Shown here: positions 1-9,307 of the stretch, piece by piece
How the letters are laid out: the number at the start of each line of letters is the position of its first letter
Numbering within the stretch: position 1 is the first letter of the stretch
Source of the DNA: an uncultured delta proteobacterium
Lineage (GTDB): Bacteria; Myxococcota_A; UBA9160; SZUA-336
DNA: 64,000 nucleotides
Reading direction: 5' to 3'
Assembly: GCA_963707945.1 (NCBI GenBank)
Contig: CAVPRM010000002.1
Coordinates: 378,862 to 442,861 of the forward strand
Made by a program: the position numbers and the translations under genes
Notes under the pieces: generated by a model
Databases searched by the model: none
Told to the model about the DNA's origin: nothing
What the model saw: the letters and a program-made list of their open reading frames with translations, nothing else

Positions 1-2
1 GA

Positions 3-1793
3 TCAGGAAGCGGACCTCGGTCGCCGTCGAGCGCCAGGTCGTTCGGGACGAAGCCGTCGCGCACGGTGTGCTCGACCACGGGGTGCCGGCCGGCCTCGAT
101 CTCGAGCGCGAGAGAGGCGTCGACCTCGGGCCGCACCCAGCTCGCGCTCGCGCGCGACCTGGGCGAGCGACTGCGGCCGTGTCGAGCTCCGCGATCTCGG
201 CCGCGGTCGCGCGGATCCGGCCGGCCTCGGCGCGCAGGCGCGCGCGGAGCTCCTCGAGCACGCGCGCTTCGGCGGCCGCCGCGCGCTCGCGCCCGCGCAG
301 GGTCGACGCTCTCCCAGCGCTCGAGCTCGTCGGTCGTGAAGCGCTCGCCGCCCGCGGTGGTCTGCTTGCGCCGGTAGTCGTCGGGCACGAGCGCGAGCCG
401 CGCCTTGCTGACCTCGATCGACCAGCCGAACACGCGGTTGTAGCGGACCTTGAGCGCCGGGATGCCCGTGCGCGCGCGCTCGCGCGCCTCCAGGTTCGCG
501 AAGTAGGCCTCGCCCTCGGCCGAGTCCCGGCGGATCTGGTCGAGCTCGGCGTCGACGCCGTCGCGGATGTAGCCGGTGTGCGGCTCGCCGCGCGGCGCGC
601 CCGGCGGGTCGTCGACGAGCACGCGCTCGAGCTCGGCGCGCGAGGCTCTCGAGCGCGTCGCCGAGCGGTGTCACCTTCGCGGTGCGCGCGACGCCGTGCA
701 GCCACGCGCGGAGCTGCGCGAGCTCGCGCGGCCCGCCGGTGGGAAGCAGCGCGCGGGTCGCCGCGCGCTCGAGATCGCCGACGCCGCGCAGGGCTTCGCG
801 GAGCGCCTCGCGTCGGCTGTCGGGCTCGAGCCAGGCTTCGACTCGGTCGTGGCGCGCGCGGATCGCCCCGGGTGCGATCAGCGGCTCGCCGAGCCAGGCG
901 GCGAGCCGGCGCCGCCCCAGCGGCGTGCGGGTCAGGTCCAGCGCCGCGAACAGAGTCCCGTCGCTGCCGCCGTCGCGCAGGTTCTGGAAGAGCTCCAGAT
1001 GGCGGCGGGTCGCGCGGTCGAGCAGGAGGAGGTCGCTCGCGCGGTAGCGGCGCAGGGCGCCGAGCTGGGCGAGCGCGGCGGGCTGGAGCTCGGCGACGGT
1101 CGCGACCAGCGCGGCCGCCGCGCGGGCGTCGACGGAGCGCTCGTCGGCGCCGAGGCCGTGCGGCAGCGCGCCGACCCGCTCGGCCACGGCGCGCGGCTCG
1201 AAGTCGCGGTCGCCGACCCGGCGGATCTGCACGCCCGCCGGCAGGTCCTTCTCGGCGTCGCGCGCCACGATCTCGCGTGCGCCGATCCGGTCGAGCTCGG
1301 CCTCGAACAGCTCGCGCCGGTCCGTCTCGGTGGCGGCGAACTCGCCGGTCGAGAGGTCGAGGTACGCAATTCCGTGTCGCCCCTGGTCGCTCAGCACCGC
1401 CGCGACGTAGTTGGCGCCGGCGCCCTCGAGCCGGTCCGCGTTCGCGACCAGCCCCGGCGTGACCACCTCGGTGATCTCGCGCCGCACCAGACCCTTCGCC
1501 GTGCGCGGATCCTCGGTCTGCTCGGCGATCGCCACCGACAGCCCCGCGGCGAGGCAGCGCCTCACGTAGCCCTCGAGCGCATGGAACGGCACGCCGCACA
1601 TCGGCACGGGCTGCGGGGTGTCCCGGTCGCGCGAGGTCAAGACGAGGTCGAGCAGCGGCGCCGCCCGCTCCGCGTCCGCGTCGAACAGCTCGTAGAAGTC
1701 GCCCATCCGGAAGAACAGGAGCGCGTCGCCCGCCCGCCGCTTCAGCTCGCGGTACTGGCGCATCATCTTCGTCTCGGCGCGCGGCGATTCCAC
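3..1793 (-). pseudogene. mutS: DNA mismatch repair protein MutS, N-terminal ~600 codons; the gene continues past the window start. Intact at 620-1793, but at least 3 single-base frameshifts at 3-620.
   Basis: MutS domain I motif MMRQYRELK...FFRMGDFYELF plus connector and core domains. The frame breaks after ...LESLAR (extra C near 617). The +1 frame continues as ELERVLVDDPP..GYIRDGVDAELDQIRR..LKVRYNRVFGWSIEVSK, a typical MutS lever region; further breaks follow. Confidence 0.85.
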
Positions 1794-2098
1794 GGCCAGA
1801 GTCTACGATGGAGCGGCTCGGTGGGCGCGGCCTGGAGCGAGCGTTTCTTCCGAGCGGCGGCCTGGACGAGCGTCCGCGCAAGGCGTCGCTTCCGCCGCGA
1901 GCCAGCGAGCGGAAGGCCGCGCTCGGCGAGCCGCGGCGTGTCGAGCGACATTGACGCAAGCCGCCCGACTGCGGTAGAACCCCAGTCGTGAGTTCTTCGC
2001 GCGCGCTGTATTTCGGCTTCTACTTTAGCTGGCCCGATCTCGGGGCCGAGGGTGGAGGCACGACCGCGTAGCGCGCAGGCAGAGCCGAACGAACCCAG

Positions 2099-2138
2099 CC
2101 CCGAGAGGCCAAAACCTCTCGGGGCTTTTTCTTTTTTC
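2099..2138 (+). terminator. Intrinsic-terminator-like hairpin in the aroG 5' leader (candidate attenuator or end of a small RNA)
   Basis: Perfect 10-bp stem CCCCGAGAGG, 6-nt loop CCAAAA, stem CCTCTCGGGG, then CTTTTTCTTTTTTC. The tract sits 2 nt before the GGAGGA RBS and the ATG at 2151. No + strand gene lies upstream, because mutS diverges. Confidence 0.5.
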
Positions 2139-2150
2139 ACGGAGGAAGCC

Positions 2151-3188
2151 ATGGACAGCCCGATCCCCTCGCCCGCCGAGCTGGCGGCGCGCCTGCCCCG
2201 CAGCGCGCGCGCGGCGCAGACCGTCGAGCGCGGCCGCGCCGCGCTGCGCGACGCCCTGCACGGCCGCGACCGCCGCTTCGTCGCGATCGTCGGCCCGTGC
2301 TCGGTGCACGATCCCCGCGCGGCGCTCGAGTACGCCGAACGCCTGGCGAAGCTCGCCGCGGAGCTCGGGGACGCGCTGGTGCTCGTGATGCGCGTCTACT
2401 TCGAGAAGCCGCGCACCACGCTCGGCTGGAAGGGCTTGATCAACGATCCGCGGCTCGACGGAAGCTGCGATCTGGCGCTCGGGCTCGCGCGCGCGCGCGA
2501 GCTGCTCTGCGCGGTCAACGAGCTGGGCGTGCCGTGCGCGACCGAGCTCCTGGACCCGATCGTGCGCCACTACGTCGGCGATCTGCTCGCGTGGGCCGCG
2601 ATCGGGGCGCGCACCTCGGAGAGCCAGATCCACCGCGAGATGGCGAGCGGTCTCGCGCTGCCGGTCGGGATCAAGAACCCGACCTCGGGCGAGCTCGGCC
2701 CCGCGGCGGACGCGGTCTTCGCCGCGCACGGTCCGCACCGGCACCTGGGTGTCGCGGCGAACGGCGGCTTCGCGCGGATCGCCACGCCGGGGAACCCCGA
2801 CGCCCACCTCATCCTGCGAGGCGGCGCGCGCGGCCCGAACTACGGGGCCCGCGAGATCGCGCGCGGCGCGGCGCGCCTCGCCCCGCTCGGCCTCGCGCGC
2901 CCGATCCTGGTCGACTGCTCGCACGACAACTCGGGCAAGGATCCGCGCGTCCAGCCCGCCGTGTTCCGCGCGGTGCTGGCGCAGTTCGATCCGCAGCGCG
3001 CGCCGATCCTCGGCGCGATGCTCGAGAGCCATCTCTTCCCGGGCCGGCAGGACCTCGACGCGGGCGGCGAGCTCGCCTACGGCGTGTCCGTCACTGACGC
3101 GTGCCTGGGCTGGGACGACACCGAGCAGCTGCTGCGCGACGCTGCCGGCGAGCTCCGGGGCTCACATTTCTGCGCCACCAGCAGGTAG
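2151..3188 (+). CDS. aroG: 3-deoxy-7-phosphoheptulonate (DAHP) synthase, class I (AroG/F/H type)
   Basis: IVGPCSVHDP, LVMRVYFEKPRTTLGWKGLINDP and CSHDNS motifs, ~345 aa. The ATG at 2151 follows a GGAGGA RBS. Confidence 0.9.
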   Translation: MDSPIPSPAELAARLPRSARAAQTVERGRAALRDALHGRDRRFVAIVGPCSVHDPRAALEYAERLAKLAAELGDALVLVMRVYFEKPRTTLGWKGLINDPRLDGSCDLALGLARARELLCAVNELGVPCATELLDPIVRHYVGDLLAWAAIGARTSESQIHREMASGLALPVGIKNPTSGELGPAADAVFAAHGPHRHLGVAANGGFARIATPGNPDAHLILRGGARGPNYGAREIARGAARLAPLGLARPILVDCSHDNSGKDPRVQPAVFRAVLAQFDPQRAPILGAMLESHLFPGRQDLDAGGELAYGVSVTDACLGWDDTEQLLRDAAGELRGSHFCATSR

Positions 3189-3219
3189 CATGGCCCGACT
3201 CTAACGGGGAGAACACGTC

Positions 3220-3702
3220 TTGCCCGGAGCTCGGCCGTTTCGCGTACTGGGGCTGCAGCAGATCGCCGTCGGAGGGACCGACAAGGGCGCGCTGCGCAAG
3301 CTGTGGATCGACCTGCTCGGCCTCGAGCTCGCGGGCACCTACAAGAGCGAGAGCGAGAACGTGGACGAGGACATCGCGCGCGCGGGCCGCGGACCGTTTG
3401 CGGTCGAAGTCGATCTCATGCAGCCGGTGGACCCGGAGCGCAAGCCGAAGGTCAACGATCCCGCGCTGAACCACGTGGGCCTCTGGGTCGACGATCTGCG
3501 CGCCGCGGTCGCCTGGCTCGAGTCGCGCGGCATGCGCTTCACCCCGGGCGGGATCCGCAAGGGCGCCGCCGGCCATGACGTCTGCTTCATCCACCCCAAG
3601 GGGAGCGCCGAGTCGCCGGCGTCGGGCGAAGGCGTGCTGATCGAGCTCGTGCAGGCGCCGCCCGACGTGATCGCCGCCTTCGCGCGCATGGGGTCGACAT
3701 GA
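3220..3702 (+). CDS. VOC/glyoxalase-family protein (methylmalonyl-CoA epimerase-like)
   Basis: 160 aa with a glyoxalase/bleomycin-resistance fold signature (VLGLQQIAV...HVGLWVDDL...). TTG start with upstream GGGGAGA. Confidence 0.6.
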   Translation: MPGARPFRVLGLQQIAVGGTDKGALRKLWIDLLGLELAGTYKSESENVDEDIARAGRGPFAVEVDLMQPVDPERKPKVNDPALNHVGLWVDDLRAAVAWLESRGMRFTPGGIRKGAAGHDVCFIHPKGSAESPASGEGVLIELVQAPPDVIAAFARMGST

Positions 3703-5039
3703 GCCGGTGTCGCCTGCTGCCGCTGGGCCTCTTGGCCGTCGCGCTCGCCGCGCGCGCCGGTGACGCTCCGACGACGACCGATGCGCTGCCCCAGCTTCCG
3801 TTCAAGGAAGGCGACGTGATCGGCTACGAGTCGGTCGACAAGCTCAAGAGCTATCTGCCGCCGCCGTTCTGGGAGAACCGCGAGTTCTTCTTCTACGAGG
3901 GCATGCAGCTCGAGGTCGGCCCGATCCAGCGAGCCTATCCGGTGTCGCCCACCTACGTGGAGGCGACGGCCCGGAACGGCTGGAAGGCGACGATCGGCGC
4001 CGACGGCGCGCTCGAGAACTACACGGGCGGCCAGCCCTTCGATCCCAAGAAGATCGACTGCAAGGGCGACCCGCTGGCCGCCACGAAGATCATCTGGAAC
4101 TTCAAGAAGTCCTGGAACGGCAGCGGCGGCGAAGCCAATTGGTTCTACAGCTACTGGGACCGCGGCGAGCAGCTGCCGCTCTACTACAAGGGCAACGCGA
4201 AGGGCATCATGCTCGCGCGCCGCGCCGAGAAGGAGTTCGTGCCGACCGGCGGCGACGTGTTCGAAGCGGAGAAGCGCCTCTCCGCGGGCGGCATCACCGT
4301 CGAGTCGCCCGAGGACGCGCGCGGGATCATCACCCTCTCCTACGTCTACAAGGAGGAGGACGGCCCGCTCGCGCACGCCAAGAACCAGGACACCTGGGTC
4401 TGGATCCCGAGCCTGCGCCGCACGCGGCGCATCTCGAGCGCGCAGCGCACCGACGCGGTCGCGGGCACCGACTTCACCGTCGACGACTTGCGCAGCTTCA
4501 ACGGCGTGCCGCCGCAGTACGACTGGACCTGCGTCGGCGAGCAGCGCGTGATCGCGCCGATGAACACGAAGCACCTCGCCTACCCCTACAACGAGACCTA
4601 CAACTTCGGCCCCTACGGCTTCTCGTTCGCGACCGACCGCTGGGAGGTGCGCAACGCCTGGATCATCCGTTTCGATCCGAAGAACGAAGACCATCCGTAC
4701 GACCACAAGGACATCTGGATCGACCAGGAGACCTACGAGCCGCTCTACAGCGCCGCCTACGACCGCAAGAAGGAGCTGTGGAAGGTCATCTGGCACAACC
4801 ACCGCTACAGCGAGGACTGGAAGACCGGCGATCCCGAGGCCGACGGCGGCGCGTGGATCTCGCCGTGGGAGGGCGTCGAGCAGGTGAACGACCTGCGCAC
4901 CGTGGGCGACATCATCGTGAACGTGCAGACGGGGACCGGGAATCGGATCGAGTTCTGGAACGCGAGCGGCCGGCCGGAGACGTCACGCGGGAAGATTCGA
5001 ACGCTGATCGACATCGGGCGGCTGAACAAGGGGCACTAG
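3699..5039 (+). CDS. Secreted DUF1329-like protein (LolA-like outer-membrane lipoprotein-sorting fold family)
   Basis: 446 aa with an N-terminal signal peptide ([16 protein letters not shown]). The ATG overlaps the upstream stop (ATGA). Family assignment is from memory of DUF1329 proteins and is not verified. Confidence 0.55.
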   Translation: MSRCRLLPLGLLAVALAARAGDAPTTTDALPQLPFKEGDVIGYESVDKLKSYLPPPFWENREFFFYEGMQLEVGPIQRAYPVSPTYVEATARNGWKATIGADGALENYTGGQPFDPKKIDCKGDPLAATKIIWNFKKSWNGSGGEANWFYSYWDRGEQLPLYYKGNAKGIMLARRAEKEFVPTGGDVFEAEKRLSAGGITVESPEDARGIITLSYVYKEEDGPLAHAKNQDTWVWIPSLRRTRRISSAQRTDAVAGTDFTVDDLRSFNGVPPQYDWTCVGEQRVIAPMNTKHLAYPYNETYNFGPYGFSFATDRWEVRNAWIIRFDPKNEDHPYDHKDIWIDQETYEPLYSAAYDRKKELWKVIWHNHRYSEDWKTGDPEADGGAWISPWEGVEQVNDLRTVGDIIVNVQTGTGNRIEFWNASGRPETSRGKIRTLIDIGRLNKGH

Positions 5040-5482
5040 AGCGATCGCACGATCAGGACGGTTGCGCTCGCCAGCAAGCCGGCGACGAAGGCCAGGTAGC
5101 TGAAGCGCAGGAAGCGATACTTCGAGCGGGCGAGCACCACGCCCTGGCCGTAGATGTCGCGCGCGAGGCTGCGGTAGAGCGCACCGGTGTCGCAGAGGCG
5201 CTTCACGAGCTCGTCCTCGAACTCGGACAGCGACAGATGCTGGAAGTGCAGGAAGAAGAGCGGGTTGAAGGACGGCGACGCGACGTCCACCCGCCCGTCG
5301 CGAAGCCGGGGCGTGGAGCGCCACGGCAGCACGCACAGGAGCGCCGAGATCAGCGCGGCCGCCGTGAAGGCGTCGAGCACCACGAGCGGCAGGAAGAACG
5401 CCTCCTTGCGCAGCTGGGTGAGCGAGACCGAGATCACGACCGAGCTGATCGTGATCATCAGGTTCGCCTTCGCGTCCGCCAT
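5036..5482 (-). CDS. Small membrane protein, 2 N-terminal TM plus 1 C-terminal TM, unknown function; possibly SLATT/Pycsar-effector-like (DUF5706-like)
   Basis: ATG at 5480-5482 (MADAKANLMITISSVVISV...). In-frame GTG starts exist up to 5590. Hydrophobic segments lie at residues ~8-25, 33-57 and 130-150. No further similarity recognised. Confidence 0.5.
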   Translation of the reverse strand: MADAKANLMITISSVVISVSLTQLRKEAFFLPLVVLDAFTAAALISALLCVLPWRSTPRLRDGRVDVASPSFNPLFFLHFQHLSLSEFEDELVKRLCDTGALYRSLARDIYGQGVVLARSKYRFLRFSYLAFVAGLLASATVLIVRSL

Positions 5483-5598
5483 GGAGCTGAAGTGCGCCTG
5501 CGTCTGCTGCAGAGTGAGGAACGCGTTGTCGATGCTGGCGGACGGCTCGAGCGACTCGAAGGACGCCGGCTTCTCGCTCGCGACCGCCACGCCGGCCC

Positions 5599-7172
5599 TT
5601 AGACCTTGCTCGCGCGCCCCGCCCAGAACGGCTCGCGCAGGACCTTCTTCAGGATCTTGCCCGACGCGTTGCGCGGGATCTCGTCGGCGAACGACACCGA
5701 GCGCGGGATCTTGTAGCCGGCCAGGTGCTCTCGGCCGTACTCGAGGATGTCGACCTCGATGAGGGTCACGTCGGGCAGCTTCACGATGATCGCGTGCACG
5801 CTCTCGCCCCATTCCTCGTTCGGGATGCCGATCACGGCGACGTCGAGGACCTTGGGGTGCGCGTCGAGGACCGCTTCGATCTCGGCGGGGTAGATGTTCA
5901 CGCCGCCCGAGATGATCATGTCCTTCTTGCGGTCGCAGATGTAGTAGTACCCCTCCTCGTCGAAGTAGGCGACGTCGCCGACGGTGTGGAAGTCGCCGCG
6001 GGTGTCCTCCTCGAACTTCTCGCGCGCCTTGTGGTACGTGTCGAAGACGCCCGGGCTGCGCACGGCCAGCTCACCCGGCACGCGCGGCTGGCTGACTTCC
6101 TTGCCGTCGTCGTCGAAGAGCTTGATCTCGACCATCGGCGCGGGCTTGCCGCACGAGCCGGGCTTGCGCAGCTGGTCCTCGGGACGCAGAACGGTGTTGA
6201 CCCCGAGCTCGGTCGAGCCGTAGATCTCGAACAGCGAGTCCTGCGGGAAGTCGGCCAGGTACATCTGCTTCAGCGCGAACGACCAGGGCGCGGCGTTCGC
6301 GATGAACCGGCGCATGCTGGTCTTGTCGTACTTCGCCTTCACCGCGGCGGGCAGGTTGCACACCAGCCGCACCGGGGTCGGCGCCGAGAAGGTCGTCGAG
6401 ACACGGTACTTCTCGACCAGACGCAGCCAGTCCTCCGCGTCGAACTTCTTCTGCAGCACGACCGTGTTGCCCAGGCCGTGCGCGACGGCCATGAAGCCGC
6501 CCGGTCCCGAGTGATACAGCGGGCCGGTGGTCAGGTACACGTCGTTCGGCGAGTAGCCGATCATGCCGAGCAACGCACCGCTCTGGGCCGCGCTGCCCGC
6601 GACGCCGCGCACGGCGCCCTTCGGCTTCCCGGTCGTGCCCGAGGTGTAGATCATCGTCTGCGCGGCTTCGGAGGCGGCCGGATCGACGGCGGGCTCGCTC
6701 GGGCTCGCCGCCGCCACGGCGGCGTCGCCGTCGCGCATGTTCGCGAGCGCCGGGCCATCGAAGATCACGATCTCGCGAACCTTGGGGGTGTCGGGTCGGA
6801 TCTTCGCGAACAGCGGCGCGTACTCGGCGTCGGCGTAGATCATCACCGCGTCGGAGTTGTCGACCACGTACTGCGCCTCCTCGGGCGACAGCCGGTAGTT
6901 GAGCGGAACGGCCACTGCGCCGAGCTTGCGCGCCGCGTGCACGACGCGGACGATCCCCGGCGAGTTCTGTCCGCACCAGACCAGCTTCTCGCCGCGGCGG
7001 AGGCCGAGCGCCTGCAGCGCGTTCGCGAGCCGGTTCGCCTGCGCCTCGAGCTGCGCGAACGTCCAGGTGAGCACCTTGCCGTCCGGTCGGTCGTGAACGA
7101 CCGCGAGCTTGTCGGGCGTCGCCCGGGCGTGGAGCGTCAGGATGTCGGGCGGGCGAACGGCTTCGGCCATGG
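5599..7172 (-). CDS. AMP-dependent acyl-CoA synthetase/ligase (long-chain fatty acid-CoA ligase-like)
   Basis: AMP-binding signature IYTSGTTGKPKGA, the ...YGSTE... motif and C-terminal GKILKKVLRE. Start taken at MAEAVRPPD (7172); an alternative start lies at 7212. Confidence 0.85.
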
Positions 7173-7247
7173 CGAGTCTCCCCGTGCGCGAGCAGCGCCC
7201 GGCGATTCTCACCGCGCGGTGTAGCGGGGGTCAACCAGGGCTGGTCC

Positions 7248-7323
7248 GATTGACTTCGCTCGCCTCCAGCTCGCTGCGCGCTTCGCTTGCGACCTCGCTC
7301 GGGGCGGCCCTCGCTCGCCTCAC
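7248..7323. repeat. Intergenic repeat, copy A (~75 bp; second copy at 43202-43283)
   Basis: gattgacttcgctcg...tcgctgcgcgcttcgcttgcgacctcgctcggggcggccctcgctcg. Identical blocks of 15 and 47 bp are shared with copy B, ~90% identity overall, and CCTCGCTCG sub-repeats occur inside. Confidence 0.8.
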
Positions 7324-8186
7324 CGGCTCCTTATCTCGATGTTGCCACCCGAGGTCTGGACCTCGAGCCGCTCGCCGCCGGGGCCGAGCGTGCCCTCCAG
7401 CCGGCTCGAGCTCCGCTCGCCCGCGAAGGTGAGCGCGCGGTCGAGCTCGACCCGGCCGCCGCTCGTTCGCGCCGCGAGCTCGGCGCCGGTTCCGGCCGGG
7501 ATCACGATCTCGATCGAGCCGCCCGAGGTGCGCAGCTCGCCCTGAGGCGCGGCGCTGAAGCGCACCGAGATCGCACCGCCGGACGTGCGCGCCTCGGTCC
7601 GGCCCTCGACGTCGGAGAGGCGGATCGGTCCACCCGAGGTCTCGGCTTCGATCCGGCCGTGCACGTTCGCCGCAGAGATCAGCCCGCCCGAGGTACGCAG
7701 CTCGGCGTCGCCGTGCAGGTCGGCAACCCGGATCGAGCCCCCGGATGTGCGCAGCTCCACGTCGCCGGTCGCGCCGCCCAGCTCGATCGAGCCGCCGCTG
7801 GTGCGGGCCTTCACGGCTCCGTGGACCGCGTCGATCTCGATTCCTCCGCCGTTCGTGCGCAGGTCGAGCGAGTACTCGCACGGCACCCTCACGCGGACGC
7901 GCGGCCCCCAGCCCGGCAGCCACGAGGACCTCGACCCCTCGAGCTTCGCGTTCGCGCCGTCACTGGTCAGCTCGAACGTCCAGCTCGCCGGCCAGTCCGG
8001 CGCGCTCGCCTCCACCTCGACCCGCGCGGCATCGTGCGTCTCGATCACGATGACGCCACTCGAGAGATCGACCTCGAGCTGCCCGCCCGACTGCACGTCG
8101 ACCGAGCTGCGGTATTCCTCCGCGGGCGCGCCGTTCGCGACTCCCAGCAGGAGCGCAAGAGACAGCGCGTTCCACTTCGCGTTCAC
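7320..8186 (-). CDS. DUF4097-like secreted beta-repeat protein (putative adhesin fold), paralog 1
   Basis: GTG start after GGTGAGGAGG. Signal peptide MNAKWNALSLALLLGVANGA. Roughly 20-aa repeats of xRTSGGSIE(L/V) run throughout. Confidence 0.7.
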   Translation of the reverse strand: MNAKWNALSLALLLGVANGAPAEEYRSSVDVQSGGQLEVDLSSGVIVIETHDAARVEVEASAPDWPASWTFELTSDGANAKLEGSRSSWLPGWGPRVRVRVPCEYSLDLRTNGGGIEIDAVHGAVKARTSGGSIELGGATGDVELRTSGGSIRVADLHGDAELRTSGGLISAANVHGRIEAETSGGPIRLSDVEGRTEARTSGGAISVRFSAAPQGELRTSGGSIEIVIPAGTGAELAARTSGGRVELDRALTFAGERSSSRLEGTLGPGGERLEVQTSGGNIEIRSR

Positions 8187-8196
8187 TTCGACCTCC

Positions 8197-9149
8197 TCAC
8201 CGCGCTTCCACGCGCAGGCTGCCGTGCGCGGTGTAGACGCGGAGCGTCTCACCGCCGCCGTTCATGAGACCGACGACCTTGCCGGGCTCGCGCGGGCCGT
8301 CGGGCGCGATGCCGTCGAGCTGCACCTCGCCCCGCGCGGCCTGGGCCTCGACCCGCGCGCGCGCCTTGGCGGGGAGACTCACCTCGACCGAGCCGCGCTG
8401 GGTCTCGAGGTCGCCCGCCGGCGCGGCGACGAAGCTCGCGTAGATCGCGCCCGACTCCGTCGTCGCGTGCACGGGGCCGCGCACGTCGCGGAGCTGGAGC
8501 TCGCCCTGGTCGGCGCGCAGCTCGACCGGACCGTCGAGGTGGCGCGCCTCGATGTCGCCTGAGCCCGTGCGCGCGTCGACCCGCCCATGGATCCAGGCGA
8601 GCTCGATCGGCGCATCCTGCGCGCGGACCTCGACGTCGCCCGCGACTTCGGTGACCGAGACCGCGCCGCTGCCGCTGCGCAGGCGCAGCGGCCCGTCCAC
8701 GGCGCGCACCTCGAGCCGCGCGTCGCGCGTTCGGGCGCGGATCTCCCCGTCGACCTCCTCGATCCGGATCGGGCCCGAGGCCGAGCGCAGGTCGAGCGCG
8801 AAATGGCGCGGCACGAACACGCGGAGCTGCACGCTGGGTCCGCCGAAGAGCCAGGCCAGGATCCCGCGCGAGCGCGCGTAGAGCCGCACCTGCTGCGGGT
8901 CGTGCTCGAGCCGGAACGCGACCGCGCTCGCGCCCGGGCCCGAGACGTCGGCCACGACCCAGACCTCGTCCGCGTCGTGCGCGCGAACCTCCAGCGACAC
9001 CCGGTCCTCGCGCGCTTCGTCGCCGAGGTCGATGTCGACCTGGAGCAGCCCGCCGGGCGCAGCCGGAATGCGCTGATCGAGCGCCGCGTCCGGCGCGGGC
9101 TCGCCCGACGAGCACGCGCACGCCAGGAGCGCCGCGAACGCAAACCCGA
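8197..9149 (-). CDS. DUF4097-like beta-repeat lipoprotein, paralog 2
   Basis: Likely lipoprotein signal RRFGFAFAALLACAC. Repeats of the RSGSGAV/ARTGSGDIE type. Lies in tandem with paralog 1, 10 bp apart. The start codon is uncertain (GTG with a short spacer after AAGGAGG). Confidence 0.65.
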
Positions 9150-9307
9150 AGCGACGCACCCGACCTCCTTTGTCCACCCCCGTCGCAAGCCCCGTGCCCA
9201 GAGCGGACGCTACCAGAATCGAGGGCCGACCCCGCGCTCGCAGCGCCCGAGCTGCACTGAAAGGTGTCTCCTGCGCGCGCGCGGCGAACGTGCTAATCGA
9301 ACGCGCC

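Noticed and set aside
68-1462. Long + strand ORF (464 aa) antisense to mutS. Similar R/A/P/G-rich ORFs occur antisense to or out of frame with real genes at 2025..3032 (-), 3339..4802 (-), 4139..5602 (+), 5725..7224 (+), 6071..7234 (-), 8587..10206 (+), 9293..10270 (-), 11195..12277 (-), 13521..15056 (-), 16981..18681 (+), 49260..51593 (-), 51996..53909 (+) and 54614..56002 (+).
   Set aside because: Their composition (Arg/Ala/Pro/Gly runs, no motifs) is typical of non-coding frames staying open in 70% GC DNA. Each overlaps a gene with clear homology in another frame.
1951-1980. aroG sigma-70 promoter call (TTGACG-N18-TAGAAC)
   Set aside because: The -10 match is weak (4/6) and the spacer is non-optimal. 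It is kept only as context for the leader hairpin and not listed as a feature.
7320-9149. Strong ~60-nt nucleotide periodicity that could be mistaken for a repeat array or CRISPR
   Set aside because: The periodicity is in-frame protein repeats (TSGGSIE beta-helix rungs) inside two signal-peptide-bearing ORFs. There are no conserved direct repeats with unique spacers and no cas genes.
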